From Wallemia ichthyophaga EXF-994 (Eukaryota > Fungi > Basidiomycota), in contig NW_008806282.1 of NCBI RefSeq assembly GCF_000400465.1, positions 20,001 through 268,000 on the forward strand: a stretch of DNA of 248,000 bases, read 5' to 3'. This document shows, piece after piece, positions 222,056 to 237,385 of this stretch. The translations under genes and the position numbers were made by a program. Numbering within the stretch: the first letter of the stretch is position 1; the number at the start of each line of letters is the position of its first letter. The notes under the pieces are model-generated. The model did not search any database, had not been told where the DNA came from, and worked only from the letters and a program-made list of their open reading frames with translations.

Positions 222056-222943
222056 ATGGCGATTAAACTTAAGATATTAGCAGGAAGTACCATAGATGAT
222101 TGTGAAGCTGTAGACTACCAAGGTGGAAAGCCTGTCGATGTGAACAACCCGCATTTCACTGGACAGGTTGCAGTACTGTTGAAGAACGACGAGCAGTCAC
222201 ATCCGTATTTCAACGATGAGTCCAACAAAGGTATCACATGGTCAATACAGCTGTGCGGTGTCTTGCACGACGACGATGTGGATTGTGACAATCTCGTCTT
222301 CGGTAATCAATTTTCACACCCGATTCGGCAGCATTTGCCATGGGGAAGTGCAATGGCTGTGAAGTTTATTAAATACCTCGATCCAACACTCACAGAGGAT
222401 TTGCAGTCCGATACGCCCTGGGCATTTAGCCCTCTGTGTAGCACTGTCGAGAGATTGAACGTATCGGACAATTCAGACACGAGTAAGATGAAGAATGAAC
222501 AAGACTTGATTATAGAAGAAGACATAAGCTGTCTGATTCACAAAGATGAAACTAGTAAGCCTAAATGTGGTAATGCTAGTGCTCGCAAAAAATGGTTCAA
222601 GAGTGAAAGCCGAAGGAAAGGCCTCAACTTGTCCAAAAAAAGAGTTGCTTTTGATTTCGCTAAAGGATTCATCAATTTCTCAACTCTGTGGGTGCATCTT
222701 CATCTTTAATTTCAAAGACATGCTGATTAGTGCACAAGATCGCTCTCATTTCCCGAAATTGGCCTGAACATAGGTTTGCTTAAACACTGGGATGGTCAAC
222801 CCGTTAGGTTCTATCTACGCAACAGGAACACTGGCGTCGATTACGCGGTGATCCAGTTCATTATCGAAGATGTAGGCCAGGATGCACCAGCACAAACGAA
222901 ACAATTGGCAGAGGAGAAAAATATCGGCACTGATAATTGATAA
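222056..222943 (+). CDS. DUF1769 family protein
   Basis: FTGQVAV, WSIQ, FGNQF..LPWGS, PWAFSPL. Confidence 0.8.
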
Positions 222944-222994
222944 ATCTGAATCAAAATATCCAGCAAAACGTTTCCATCTAAGCGCATAAAGTTC

Positions 222995-224218
222995 ATGTAT
223001 CCCATTAACGAAGTTTAATCTAATCCATTTATGTTTGTCTGTATTACGTTATCTACTCACCACACCAAAATTTTCAAGATTTCCACTTGAAACCTCCTTC
223101 AAAGTTGGTCTAGGTCCTTTGATTGCGCAGGTGGAGGATTTGTCTTTGGATGTGAGACTATTGTGTACTTCCTTCTCATGTTCATTGAGTGAGCAAATGC
223201 AAGTACCGCCAAACTCAGAAGGCAGATTCTCATCTACTGCCAGCTCCTTCAACGCGTCCTGGTAACCTGTCCCGTGTATCGACACCTTGGAAGCGGTAGC
223301 TTGGTCCATCATTGCCTTTACTACCTTCCAGATAGTGCTAAAGCCAGCTGGAGCATTGATAATAACAATTGGTCCGCTCAATTCGGGGTAGTTGTCCTGT
223401 AAGATCTGTATGATAGACTGAATCCTCCCTCTGATTTTCCAAAACTGGTAGTAGGCGATACCTTTCACGTCCATAACGTTGACTGTCTGAGACACGTGAA
223501 TGCCGCGTGCCTCTTTGCACGCTCTGAAGGTATCTTTTGACAATCTCTCGTTGGAAATGACTTGATTGAGAGTGAATCTTTCAGGCGATATTTTGGTGAA
223601 GAGAGCTGATGCATCAAGCCTCCCAAACTGCTGGTAGTAAATAGGTCTTCCGAGCTGTATAGTGTGAGCCGAAAGACATCTTGAATCATAGTGTAATCAC
223701 CTTATCTGTTTTGTGAAAGAACTGGATCCTGTGAGTAAGTAAAGCACTTCGAATCTAACATCATACCTGGGGATACCACCTAAGCGTTCGCGTTCGCGTC
223801 AGCAACGTCTTTCGACTTCATCTGCCCACATACTCATCTAAAGCACCCTTTTCCTCTTTTGTGAGCTCGAACGTCTCCGTGAGCTCGTCGATATTGAAAT
223901 CCTTTCTCCACTTGAGATAATCACTATCATCAATCAATTACAGTCCCTAATGACTAAAGTACCCACCTAAACATCTTCTCTGTTTCATCCAAGTCCCATT
224001 TACGAGCTTGAAGAAAGCGACTTATGCTGTTAGATGGAGAATTATATGTACTCATCAACCCACACGAATTCATTGTCGTCGTGTGTCAAGGTGCCGTCAC
224101 TCCATTGAGACGATTTGGCGTCTTCAGGGATTCTATCTTTGAATTGACTGAGTAGCCTGATCTGCTCATCATTTATATCGTACGATGTCGTGTTAACATT
224201 TGGAGCATTGTCGGTCAT
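222995..224218 (-). CDS. Sec14-like CRAL-TRIO lipid-transfer protein
   Basis: DDNEFV RFLQARKWD, FHKTDK, QDNYPE, INAPAGF. Confidence 0.9.
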
Positions 224219-224281
224219 ACTATCAAACCAAGATGATCGATTAAGCGGATGAAGATATAAATATTATTATTTTAGCATTCT

Positions 224282-227070
224282 TTACAGTACATTGTCTACT
224301 TCTATAGGTTGTGACAGGAGATATTCCATTGTAAATCCGTTTTCTTCGCATCTGCTTCGAGTCAGTTGGTTCCTCCTCTTGGCGCTCTAAACTTACAACG
224401 CGGTGACATCCTTCTGCCAATCGATTAGACCTTTCTGCACGCTTCTCAAAGGCGTAGCGAATTCTATCTGGCGTGAACGCAACGTCCTGCCGTGGAAAGT
224501 CAAAAGCGAGGATACCCAGAGCAAGTCGAACTCGAGGTGAACGCTTCGCTCCATGTGCTTTCCAATGAATGAAACCAGCTTATCGACATATACTAGCGGT
224601 AATTGCTTCACAATCAACCTTATCTCAACTGGTGGAGTGCTAGTGTAAACCATCTCGATAATCTTTTCGTCATTCAATCTGAACGCCATTATCAATCCCA
224701 CCAAATAGTCGCCCTTCTTGACCGTCTTTGTGACGCTCTCCGGCGTCAGATCAATGTCCAAATCGAATGGATCGAATAGAGCACTCTCATCGAGCGAGTA
224801 TACGATCAACCCATCAGTAGATGCAGCCGACCATGTGCGGCCTGTCGGCGAGACCTTGACGCTCTTTGTTCTTATTTCAGGTCTGTACTTGCGCCTTGAC
224901 AAGTCCCCACCTTGTGCGCCAGGCAGCGAGTGATCCAGGCGATCTTCTAAGTCACTCTCATCACCTTGAATACCATTACTGATGTTGGTTCCATCTTCCA
225001 ATTGCAATCTACTGTCCAAGAACTCTTGCGTTCCATCCAGAGACAGATTATCGGAGATTTGAAACTTCTTCAAGGCTACGCCTTCTTTCACATCATAAAG
225101 CAACACGTATTTACTGTTACCGCCTGCCAGTATATAGTTACCATCAGCAGTGTAACACAAGCTGTTAAAGCTCTTTCCAGACGAGTTGTTATTAGCTGTG
225201 ATTCGGTCATCTTGCTTGCGACCTCCAGATACGTCTTTGCGACCTTCAATCACACCAGTCTGCTTGTCATCTTCTAAAGACCAGAACTGTATTTGACCGT
225301 CAAGGGTGGATGTAGCCAACTCTTTACCGTCTGGTCTGAACACCACAGTCAAGGCATCAGAGTTGATTGAGTAGGGTTCAACAGTTCTAGCTCTTCTGAA
225401 AATATCCCATACTCTGATTGTTCTATCCCACGAGGAAGATGCTAATTGAGCGCCGCCTGGTCCGAATGAAAGTCCAGAGACGGGACCTTCATGTCCTGAC
225501 ATGACATCCATTAGCTTGCCGGTCTGTACAGACCACAAGAAGATTTCGAATGTGTCGATTGATCCTGCAGCCAAAACCTCACCCGACTCATCTACTGTCA
225601 TTGAGCTAAACTGGGTTGGGGAAGGTGATGTGAATGTTCTGAAGTTTCTGTAGCGTATCAAATCATATGCACGGACAGTTCCATCTAAAGAGGCAGAGAA
225701 AAGAACTTTTCCTTGCTTGGCGAATTCTACTTGTGAGATGGCTGCACTGTGGTCGCTAAATGTGACAGTACAAAAGCCTGATGATAGATTCCACAATTTC
225801 ACTTTACCATCATCACCACCGGTTGCAACCAGCTGGCCGTCAGGTGCGTAAGATACAGTGTTCATGTCCGAATAATGACCTTGTTGCTTGAGGACGTAGC
225901 TTTCTGATTGCCACTCCCACACTAACAATTGACCCAACTTCTTGGCACCGAATGCCAACCACTCTCCCGAAGGATTGATGTCTACGGAAGTGACCTTCTC
226001 CTGCGAAATAGACAATGTGTGTAAATTGGTGAATGATGGCAGCTCCCATAGACCAAAAACACCGGTGCTAAACCCGACGACGAGGAGGGAGCTTTTTTGG
226101 TGGAATGTTGAGCAAACGACTCTGGTTGCGGGCATGTTGAAGTAGTGTCTGGAAGAAACGCCCCATCTGGTGTCAGCAATACGTCTACTTTCATCCACGT
226201 TAGTATCGTTATTGCTGCTGCTGTCACTGTCGCTGTCTTCTTCGCTGTCTTCACTGGAGGACTCATCTTCAGATGGCTTTGCGGTCCATACGAATACAGC
226301 GCCATCTCTGGACACAGTATAGATAGACTTGCTGTCTTTTGAGAAGTAAGCGTTAACGACTCTGTCTTTATGTCCTGAGAGCGTTTTTGGCCTAAAGCCT
226401 GGCAAGGTGTCAAGAGTAAAGAGCCTGGCAGTCATATCATAGCTGCAGGTAACAAAGAATCTTGAGCAGGGCGACCAAGTGATTGATGTGACAGAGTCGA
226501 AATGGCCCGTGTAGGTTCTAAACAGGACCATTGGGGCAAACTCCCTGATCAAGAACGAGGGCGCTCTCCAAACCTGCACATGGCTTCCGTGGGTGACGGC
226601 CAGGAACTTGCCATCGGGGGAAAAACATAAGTCTTTGACGGGCTTCTTGAAGTTGTGGTGGTGGAGAATTGTACGACGTTTGGCGTTGATGAGCAGCGCT
226701 CTTCCGTCTGCTGAGTATGAGTGTGTGCGCTCTAGAGAAGCAGATGCCCTCACCGTCGTCGACTGTGACCAATATCCTGCCATCTGGACTCAAAGCAATT
226801 CTAGCGATGTTCTTCCTGTTCTCGCAAGGGAACGTGAACGAGTTGTTGCTGGGCTTTGTTAGGCGGCTTATAGACGCAGTAACCAACTCACTTGACTAGA
226901 TCGAAGCTGCTAACGCGGTTGCCCACCGGACTGAGGACGCTGTTGCCATCCTGCGTGAAGACGACGTTTCCCTGTCTATACACGGTACCGCATAGGTTAG
227001 AGAACTGTGGGCATCGTTAGCAGATTCATTTCAGCGTACTTGTACCGCCTACATTAAAATTACTCCTCAT
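224282..227070 (-). CDS. PWP2: SSU processome WD40 protein Pwp2/Utp1
   Basis: FSNLCGTVYRQGN, KLGQLLVWEWQSESY, RYRNFRTF, FDPFDLD. Confidence 0.95.
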
Positions 227071-227332
227071 GGTGGCTTATCAAGATGCAATTAGGCTGCA
227101 GACAGCCATTTGAGTAAAATATTTGTACATTCAGTTGGAATATCAATACTGCATGTCGTGCAACACCGCGCTCGTGTGTACTCGTCACTGAAAATCTGTA
227201 TTATATGATAACGACGCAGAGGTTGCTTGGAAACGCACAGAGCATAAAAACATCCAGTACTTTACATCATCTCTCGCTAAATAAAACCCAAGGTGACTTA
227301 CAACCAAACTTATCTCTTAGACAATAACAGCG

Positions 227333-229440
227333 ATGACGTTTGGACTGAGAAATGGTCGGCGGTATTTAATGTATAGTGTTCCTGTAGTAGCACTGCCAGT
227401 AGCGTATTATTCATTGCCGAAGCGTCGGCTGTCTCAATCATCTCCGCGGATCTATCAGCCACAGATACCAACTCCAACGCGAAGATCCCCGCTGAAAACG
227501 TATATAACTGAACCCATTTTCACTCTCAGGCGGCTTATTTGGCTGTGTGTACTATTCGTGCCAGTCGTCGCGTCTGTACCGCTACTCTGGATAAATTCGA
227601 CGCTCTGGTACCGGATTCTAACGAAGCAAATGTCAAGAGCTGGCCCTACATTTATCAAGGTTGGTCCTGTCCAACTTTATGAGTACCTTTAACCATTCTC
227701 TAGCTTGGTCAATGGGCGGCTTCTCGCACTGATCTATTCTCACCACAATTATGTCATATATTAGGTCGCCTGCACTCAGCAGCACACCCTCACACAATCA
227801 CCCACACGCATAAGGTCCTCACATCTACCTACTCGCACGCAGACTCGCTCAAAGACATATTTGAAGAATTCGATGAGAAACCCATTGGGTGTGGTGCTAT
227901 CGCCCAAGTTTATAGGGGGAAACTACGTGAACATCTTATACCAAGTGACTGGAGAGTCGCGAACCAGCATGAAGAAGACAGCTGGTTAGTCGCATCTATC
228001 ACAAAAGCCCTCAACAACTTGCAGACTCGCAACGATGACATACCGCGTCAAGATCTCATTACTGCGTCAAGACACGTTGCTGTCAAGGTGATACACCGTG
228101 GGTTTGATGCTAATAATTGTTAATCTATCTTACATATCTCAAAAGCAAATGTAACAGAGCTTATCGAGCGCGATCTAGCTATATTGTATTTCGGCGCCTC
228201 TGCCCTGTCGCTTCTTCCGGGGATGAAATGGCTATCTCTTCCAGAGGAGGTCACTGTATTTGGTAGTCTAATGCGCTCACAGCTTAATCTAAGCGTCGAA
228301 GCCTACAATTTGGCGAGATTTGAAGACAATTTCAGAGAGCGCAGAGGTGCTGCTAGCTTTCCAAAACCTGTCTTCTCGTTATGTGCAAAAGATGTTCTGG
228401 TAGAAGAATTCGAAGAGGCTCTCCCACTCAAGACATTCCTCAAGTTCGGTGGAGGCGGTTTTGAAGAGCGCATAGCCGGTTTGGGTTTGGATGCCTTTTT
228501 GGTGGGTACTGAATTTTATTCACGCAGCTTATTAATCTCCCACAGAATATGCTTTTAATAGACAATTTCGCACACGCCGATCTTCATCCTGGCAACATAT
228601 ACATCAAGTTCTACAAGCCAACTTCCATCGATCTTATCAAGAACATTTTCTCGTCGTTGATATCAAGACCTCGCTCAACTACTGACCTCACGACCAACGA
228701 TACATCGAAAGAAGTGATGAAAACTCTTCTCCCGCTTGCCAGGCGAATAAACAAAAACGAGAAGGATGAAGAGAGTGTGAATGAATGGTCTAACAAGCTC
228801 AAGAAGCTCAATGAGGATGGGTTTCAACCAGAGATTGTTTTTTTGGATACAGGCCTGATTACTGAACTCGACGACAAAAACCGTGGTAATTTTTTGGAGC
228901 TATTCCAAGCTGTCTCTCATTTTGACGGTTATCGCGTCGGACAACTCATGATCGAAAGATCTCGATCTCCCGAGCTAGCGACGGACAAGGAAACTTTCGC
229001 ACTTAAGATGCAGCACATAGTGCTGGGGGTGAAGAGCAAGACATTTTCGCTAGCAAGGATCAGGCTATCGGAGGTGCTCTCACATGTTCTGTCAAGTGTG
229101 CGCGAACACCACGTCAAGATGGAGGCTGATTTCGTTAATACGGTACTGTCTATTCTTTTGCTTGAAGGTATCGGTCGTCAGCTTGATCCTAACATGGACC
229201 TATTTAAGGCCGCTATACCGATTCTGCGTCAGTTGGGCAAGAAAGTCGGCACTTCTGGCAGCTATGCACAGGTCGATAAGGGTAACCTTGGTGCCATGTT
229301 AAAGGTAAGCATATTGAATTTGGTTTGATTACATATTAACAACCCCCAGCTCTGGGTATGGATGGAAGCACGTGAATTCGTTTCAAGTGTCAACGAAATG
229401 GACGAATGTATCCGGTACGACTGGCTTAGCCCGAACATAT
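227333..229440 (+). CDS. ABC1/ADCK atypical kinase
   Basis: GPTFIKLGQW, IAQVY, VAVKV, HADLHPGNI, DTGL. Confidence 0.9.
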
Positions 229441-231145
229441 AGTTTGTAATATACATATAACTTGAACAATTGCAATTAGGCCCGCATTTAAAGCGTGTGG
229501 ATCACCTCAACTTGTCAAAATATGTTTGCTATCACGATTGTCAACCTTGATAGTGACAAGCAATATAGGGATGACAGGGCCATTGAATAGTTCTTTCTAT
229601 AACTTTAGCAAAATACAACATTGAGCATGAATCAATTGAATATAAACTGCTCAAGGTACCCTGCAAGTGATCAAGTAAGTGAGAAGACGAACACAGAGAT
229701 ACCATCTGACAATTTGAACAAACTAGCCATGCTATCAGTTTCATAGCACTTTCAGCATTCCAAATACATTATCAACTAAACCTTCCGCTCAATATCCACC
229801 GAGTTGAATTTCTTGGCTACCACTGACCTCAAATGGCTCTTACGACTTTTGATGATCTCCAAATAAACGTGCTCCGTTAGTAATTCTGGCTGATAGTGAT
229901 ATGATTTTGCCAAATTTATATCCCTGGCGCTCCAAATCGCGCCTCGCACATTGATCGGAAGCAATGATCCACAATCTCTCTGGAGCATGCAGCAGGATAA
230001 TAAAGAAAGGTCACTCAAACTTTGTCGGTAGCTGCAACGTATTTTGACTTACAAGTGCTCATATATCACAATGATTCGGCTCTATAAACGCGTTTTACTT
230101 TTTTCCGGCACATTGCGTCTACAGGACTCAACAATGCTGGCTGCAGGAAAAAAATATTGTGATTCCGTATCATCGCATGCTTATTTAATGCAACTCATTC
230201 AAAGTAAAGGGGAGGTCAGCCCAATTCTGAAATCGGGGGTTTTGCTCGACCAGGTGCGTGCGTTTCAAGATATCAAATAATGGTGGGTGTGAAATCGATT
230301 AAGGCTGATTTGACATTTTGAAGGCATGACAGTTTGGATGTTAATTTTTTTAATCCAAAACACTCTAAAAGAAACATGCCACATCTATCTGGACTAGTAC
230401 AGGGCGCCAGACAGCGCTTTTCGCGATAATTTCACTGTTGAATTAATAGCAAACAAATTACCACAGAATGATATAAATTTGACTCAATTTTCATTGATCA
230501 CATTGCTTCTTCTTGGACATAATGAGTTGTGAATTAGTTGGTGAATAATGTGTGATTTGTCTTGTGGAAGATTAACATTGTTGATTCAGTATGTTTGTTG
230601 ATGTGCTGGTCAGAGATAGATATCACTGCGAGCTCTACCAGTATAGATAAACGTGTATTTGCCACGCTTTAGCGCGTGTCATGCATGCCGATAGCCACGT
230701 GACCAGGAACGAGGATACTCGAGAACCAATTGAGACGAACTAGATGTAAAGAAAACTTTGAAGATAAGTTGATTAGCACATGTGTTTTCGCCGTTAGCCG
230801 CCAGACTAGGAACGACGTAGCGGTGTTCGTGAAACATAACAAAGGCAAGGCACGAGCCACGTGCTTATCGGCCGTCGCTGTGTTATTTAAGCCGTCCGAC
230901 CTCCTTTCTTCTTTTTCTTGCGGTAAAACGTCTTGAGGGACATGGCAAGGCGGGTATAACGCTTTCCCTGTAAATAGTCTGCGCTACTCGCAGAAAGCTT
231001 TATCTCCACTCGTTCAACACTCACCTTCGACTAAGCGCAGGAAGTCGGTTAAAAGTCCGCTTTGAGTGATATTCATAGCATTTGCTCTCCTTCCTCACTC
231101 CGTCTCTCAATCTAACCTCAACCACCAAGACGAGACAGTCCTCAG

Positions 231146-233931
231146 ATGTTCTTCCGAACGGCTGCAATCTGCGCCGTCGCATGGGCAGTGGCTATAATTA
231201 TACTAAAATCCAATCATGCTGAAAGCGCATGTAGAATGGCTTACATGAATCCCAAATATATACCCCATCCTTTCGTCGACTCAAAGTACGGATTGTATCT
231301 TTATAGAGACAAGCATTGGAACGTCGGTGATAGTATAACGGTAGGTAGCAACATAACGTTCCTAATATATCTCCTGATAACTTGTTCTAGCCAGATGGTA
231401 TACCGGTGCTATTCATTCCCGGAAATGCTGGCTCTTATAAACAAGGTCGGTCGATAGCAGCTGAGATATCCAAGCAATACCATATCGACTACAATCGACC
231501 CAATCATGATCTCGCATCTCAAAATATACCACTGCCTGATCTATGGACAGGTGAGCATGCGCCTTCAGAGTGAGGCCGCGATAACACTTTACTAGTCGAT
231601 TTCAAGGAAGAACTGTCAGCATTCCATGCTGGCTTGGTGCGGCGGCAGGCTGAGTATTGTCGAAGTGCAGTGGACTACATTCTGTCACAATACGCAGGCC
231701 AATCACATCCACCAGAATCAGTTATCGTAATAGCGCATTCGATGGGAGGAGTCGTTGCCAGGGAGATGTTCCACTTGACTGATTACAGACAAGGCTCGAT
231801 AGACCTCTTGTTGACACTAAGCTCGCCAAACGCCATCCCACCAACTCCGTTTTCGAGAAGCATGAGTAGCTTGTTTGGTAATAACTTGAGCAAACACACG
231901 GAAATTGCCATCAGTGGAGGATCAGCTGATTCACTGTTACCAGCCGACGTTACGTACGCTCCCATCTCCCAAAACTCATTAAGCGTGCTATCTACGACCA
232001 TACCAGGGGTCTGGGCGCCGATATCTCATCAGGCGATTGTGTGGTGTGATCAGCTGAGAAGGAAAATAGCAAGAGGTGTGTTACTTTCCGTCGACAGTAG
232101 CAAATCTTCGAAATTGAAAAGCAGGGAGAGCCTTATGGAGGTCTGGAAAGGCTTGCTCGTTGGGATTTCTAACATACCTGATACCGTTGGCTTGTTTGAT
232201 GTCGATCTCAATGCTACAGTGGCATATGGTGCATATACAACCGCAGACATCGGCTCTGATAGGACAGCTTGGTCGCTAGGTAGGCCACCGCCACACTCGG
232301 TGACCGGAGATAAGGCGCCAATCGTGAGGCTTGTCACTAGCCTCACCCCTGAGCCCCCATACAAAGACTTTGGTCAGTACGAATCACCCATCCAAGTGCT
232401 GGCTTGTCAGGAAATCAAACCACTTAAACGATGCAGGCATCTGCCAATAAGAGATTCCGTAACTCTGCCATATTTACACAGAGACACGCAATGGTTGCCT
232501 GTCCGACATGGCGCCGACGAAGACCACACTATGTATCTGTTAGACGCAGACACAGATACTCTGGATGACAACGAGAGCGTGGTACTGTTTAGAAATGGAA
232601 AAGACGGAAAGAGGCACTGGATTACCTCCCAGTTCGCACCCGCTGACGAAGAGATCGTTATTGGTGGATCACTTACACGCATGTTATTCTCATCAGTTCC
232701 TCTTCTCGAGCAAAATCATGGGATAATGGCATTAAGAAGGAGATATAAATTAATTAATGCACCGTCTACTTCGCTAGTAGTGTACAGAATCGATGCTAAG
232801 CAGTCGACGTGTGTGTCGACGCAATTCAACAACAAAGAGCTATTTCAACCGCTGCTTAGACACGTTGTTGGATCTTTAAAAGGAATCGAAGAGACTTACC
232901 ATCCAGACCTCAATGGAAGAATTGCAATTGAGTCACATCTTTCACAATCACCCTACCTAATCGCTGACGCGAAATCGAACAAGACTGAGCTCATCTTTGA
233001 GGTTTTTGCGGACACTTCCAGTACCGAATCATGCTATCCATTACAGGAACTCTCGGTCAGTGTGGATATTCTAGCTAGTATTTCCAAGTGGGGTACCCGC
233101 TATCGATCGGCATTAGTGGGATTTGCGTTGGGGATTTGGTGTGTCGCATTTAGACGGCAATTACAATCACTGGATTTGACGGGTGCATCAATCACCCTTC
233201 TCGAATCATTAACGGTAGCATTTCCACGTGAGATTTTAGCATTCTGCTTCATAATGGTAGGAAGTGTATTGGCTAGCTCATTATACGCAAAATTCAGCTT
233301 ATATTTCGTTGGATTACATGACCCCAAGCTGTGTTTCGTCGGCCCTATCCTTCTCTTAGCATCATATGGTTTAATCAGTGGAGTCACTGTGGCAATTACA
233401 GGATTCAGCGCAATTCTCTCTTTCACTAGACTACACATACCCAAATTTAAGATAAGTCGGAAAAGAGAACTGGGTTTGATGTTGACTACAGCTGCTATCA
233501 CTCTATTAATACCACAACAGGTAATGCTGAGTCTCATTGGAATATACACGCTATTAACCGATAATTCAACACCTCTCGCTCTTTCTATACGAGTCTTGGT
233601 AGTCTTACTAGCACCATTTTACATACCAGTAACTGTGGTCTGGCTAAAAGATCCGTTGATGAGCTCATTTGGGGTTGATTTTGAAGATCATAATCCATTA
233701 CCTATTTTACCAATCGTCTGGATTGTTTTACACGTACAGTCTTGCAATGCTATACGGAAGCACAGAACGACCGACAGATTGGTTTGGTGGATAGAGAACA
233801 GCGTATTTGTCACATTTGCATTGTCTTCACTTGCATTCAGTGGAAGATATGCGTACATTTTATATGAAGGGATGTGTATCTTACTGGCAATTCTGTCTTA
233901 CACGCGTTATTTTAATTGTAAAACAGAATGA
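231146..233931 (+). CDS. BST1: GPI inositol deacylase Bst1/PGAP1
   Basis: [30 protein letters not shown]. Confidence 0.92.
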
Positions 233932-233985
233932 ATGGAACAGGAAAATGACTGTATAAATAGTTTTTAAAGTGTATTTGAACGCAGC

Positions 233986-235565
233986 TTAGTCGTGCAATGG
234001 AGTATTTGATCTTGATCTGGATCTGGATCTTGAGACTGATCTTGATCTTGATCTGCTTGTCGATCTGCCTCTGATGTCATTAACTGCAGTTTGATCCATT
234101 GGCTGTTGCTGTTGCGCCATCTGCATAGTCTGCATATTGGTATAGTAAACCCACATGAATGCACAGCTACCTATTTGTTCATTTGAGGGAACGAAACCGA
234201 ATGTCTTCTCGAATGCTTTTCCAGCCAATATCCAAGATTGCGGTTGAGTTGGGTCGAATGCTACCCAATCAAAATTAGATAATGCATCAACAGATTTATT
234301 ATTACTATGACTATGACTATAATTATTGCTACTGTCTGGTGTTGGTGACTTTTGATCCTGCTGATAGCTGTTGTAAGACATGTGATTTGGTTGTGAGTAG
234401 TGTGAGTATGAGTGGGTATTCGAAGGTGAGTTAGTGCTAAAGCTCTCTCTAGAGCTTTCAATTGGTCTCTTTGTTCTTGGATCTATCCTTGGACGCTTAC
234501 CACTATCATAGCTTTGGTTTTGTATGCTCTGTGGTAGACGCGCTGATCTATCTCTGTTCCCATAATCATATCTATCATTGTACCTGTCGTTGTATCTGTC
234601 ATCGTATCTGCTATCGTATCTGTCATTGTTACTTCTGTCCCTCTTCAAGCTACCGCTATCGGATGATGGTGTTTGAGAGTTCTTGTCATCTCTATAAACG
234701 CGCATTAACAAAGACTACTAAGTCAAGTGACTATAACTCACGATGAAGGAATCTTGGAAAGGAATTGAAGGATATTTGCAGGTAAACCTCCATTGCTATC
234801 TCCATCATCCTTTTTGCTTGAAGATTTTGCTGTATCTGAGTGGTTCACAACGTCAATACAGTTAATTTGTATATAATAAGAATTTATGAAAGCACCTTTT
234901 TCTGAAACATTTTTATTACTACTTGACTCATGTCTTGCGTCGAGAGTATCGCGGTCGCTTTGCTTCTGGCTTTCATTAGTTTCGCCGCTGTTGCTCATCT
235001 TATCCATAAGTATTTCAAGCATGGGCTTATTGAATACGGCCATCTGTGACCACATTTTGAGTATCTTAAGATTTTTCTCCTTCAAGGAATTCAATATAAG
235101 TCTGAATAAACTAGAATTACTCTACCTTCAGTTCTTTGTCAAGGTATTTAAGAGATTCGTCGAAGAAATCGACCAAGATGGATTCAATCGCGGAGAGAAA
235201 GTTCTTCCAATTATTTGAATCCCTGTTGCTTTTCTTGATCGCTTTGTGTGCTTGTTGCACCAGCGCATGTAGCGTGTAAAGACTAGAGACCCTCTTGGCT
235301 TTTTTGTCTCTGTGAGTTTCCAAGATGGACGAAGCCATATGTTGAGATCCCATCTTAGGGCAAATCAATTGAGGTTTTCGAGCTGAGCTACCAGACTCAC
235401 GTTAAGGTTTTTGCCGCAGATGTACGATATCCTCTCCACTCTGGTGTTGGACAGTGTCGATCTGTGAATCACTGTTTCTCTCAGCAAGTCGTCGAATTCC
235501 TGTGAATTAAATGATAATAAGCACTAAAGCTTTTGATGGTGCGTTCCCCGTACTTTTAATGACAT
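233986..235565 (-). CDS. CTD-interacting (CID) domain protein with RS tail
   Basis: SSLYTLHALV, LKILKMW; C-terminal SRSRSRS and DRYN repeats. Confidence 0.7.
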
Positions 235566-235822
235566 TGAGTTGGTAGTCCAAGATGAAGGAGCTGTTGAGG
235601 TGCGCGAGAAGCTTATAATTTGTGCGGGGAATTCAGATAAAAGTGGTAAAGGCTTGAGAGTCTCTCTATCTCTTTGAATCAGCCAATACATGTTTCTATC
235701 CTCTGCTTAGGTCTCTGCTCCGTGCTAATATCGAGTTCAATTATCATAGGCTTAAAATGTCCTAAAAATCGTCGGAAGAAACGTTGCAAGAGAAATACAT
235801 TTATGTTTAAAGATTAATTTGT

Positions 235823-237200
235823 TTAAATGAGATTATTTATATTAGATATCAAAGCCGGCATATACTGTTTACGACTGGCATGTTTATTTTGATTGTAAAC
235901 GACTGTGCCATTCAAAGAGAAGGCAAAGTTACCGCTGATCTTCAGCTTAAGCAGTTCATCAGCTTCTATCCCCTTTCTCAGTTTATCCAAGTGAGCGTTC
236001 AGCTTGCTAGAGGAGGGTACATGCAGTAGCAATTCCCTTCTGTGTTTGTGGCCGCTTTTACTGTTAGGATCGTGATAGCTCGTCCCAATTCCAAGCAAAT
236101 CAAGAGCACCCTCGCCTTTTCCGTCATCTTGAGTGAATCTTTGTATATCTCTCTCAAACGAGTCTATGCCACTTGCGTTTCCGCAAATCCAATCTTCAAG
236201 GCTCATGGGTACAGATGCTAGCCCTAAACTTATTCCATTAGATGCATAGACGCGTTTGTAGTCTCTTTGAAGTAGCTGTGTAGTGTTTAATGATGACACA
236301 TCATTTTTACACTCGGAGAGCGAGCCAAATAGATCGGATGTAGCTACGGTGGATGGCTGTGACGCTTGATGAATACCAGCGAAAGAGGAGCGAGGCAGAA
236401 GGAAGTCGTAAGCCTCAAAATCAACGCTCTGCGCTTTACCACCTTGTTTAAGATTGTTGGTATCCACTATAATAGCCTGAATGAGCAAATCAGCGATGCT
236501 TCTTTCTGTATCTGAATCAATGATCGATTGAGCCCAGGCATGTTTGAAATTGTCCGTAACAAGACTTGCACAGCTTCCAACTGGTGTTCTGACATCCCAT
236601 AAAAGCGCACTCGGGTAACGATCAGGTGCGCCATCGTGATGATCAATAACTGCGACTACATCTGATTCAGGAGATTTCCATTGATTATCAAGTGTAGAAT
236701 GATCCACCAGGGCGTAATTTGTCGCCGGGTCAAAATCATCTTTGATGTCTGAGAAAAAGATCAAAGAGTTTGTATCGATTTTTGCATTTGATAGCGCTAG
236801 TCTGTTCTCAGGACGAAGATTCAAGTCTTCTCTCGACGACTGAACGACGGGAATAGCCTGTTTGAGCGAAATAGGCGCGTTAGAGAGCGTGGATAGGTAG
236901 CTGAATGCAATTGATGAGGCTAGACTGTCCAAGTCTTCATTGTGTGCAATGTGAGATACAAAGACGTAAGTCAAAGGGACACACACCATTAGATTGGTTT
237001 CCGAGTACGATGATCCAATTGCTGATCGACTTAGCTCTCAAATCAGCCATAAATTTCGACCTCGTAGCTGCGAGTAAGGTATTCATCTGTGTTTGTTTGC
237101 TGCGCTGTGTAGAACGTGGGAGAGACGTATATTTGACTTTAACAGCTTGAAATAAAGCAGCTAACACGGTAAACAGTGTAATTAAAATGTATAATTTGTA
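235823..237200 (-). CDS. PPX1: Exopolyphosphatase (DHH/DHHA2)
   Basis: GNQSN..DLDSLAS, LVDH, IDHH, GSCASL, DTNNL, RDYK, SRKQ. Confidence 0.9.
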
Positions 237201-237385
237201 TTTGATCGTCGTTGAATGTCCCTTGAATGTCCCTTGAAAACCGACGCTCAGCTCATCGAGACGCAATTCCAACGCGGATATGAGCTATCCCGAGATACCA
237301 GACATTAGCAGACTAAGTGTTGATACGCGTGGCGCAGAAATCGTAGACGATGTTACAGAGGTGGGCTACGCTGGTATTTCCCGAA

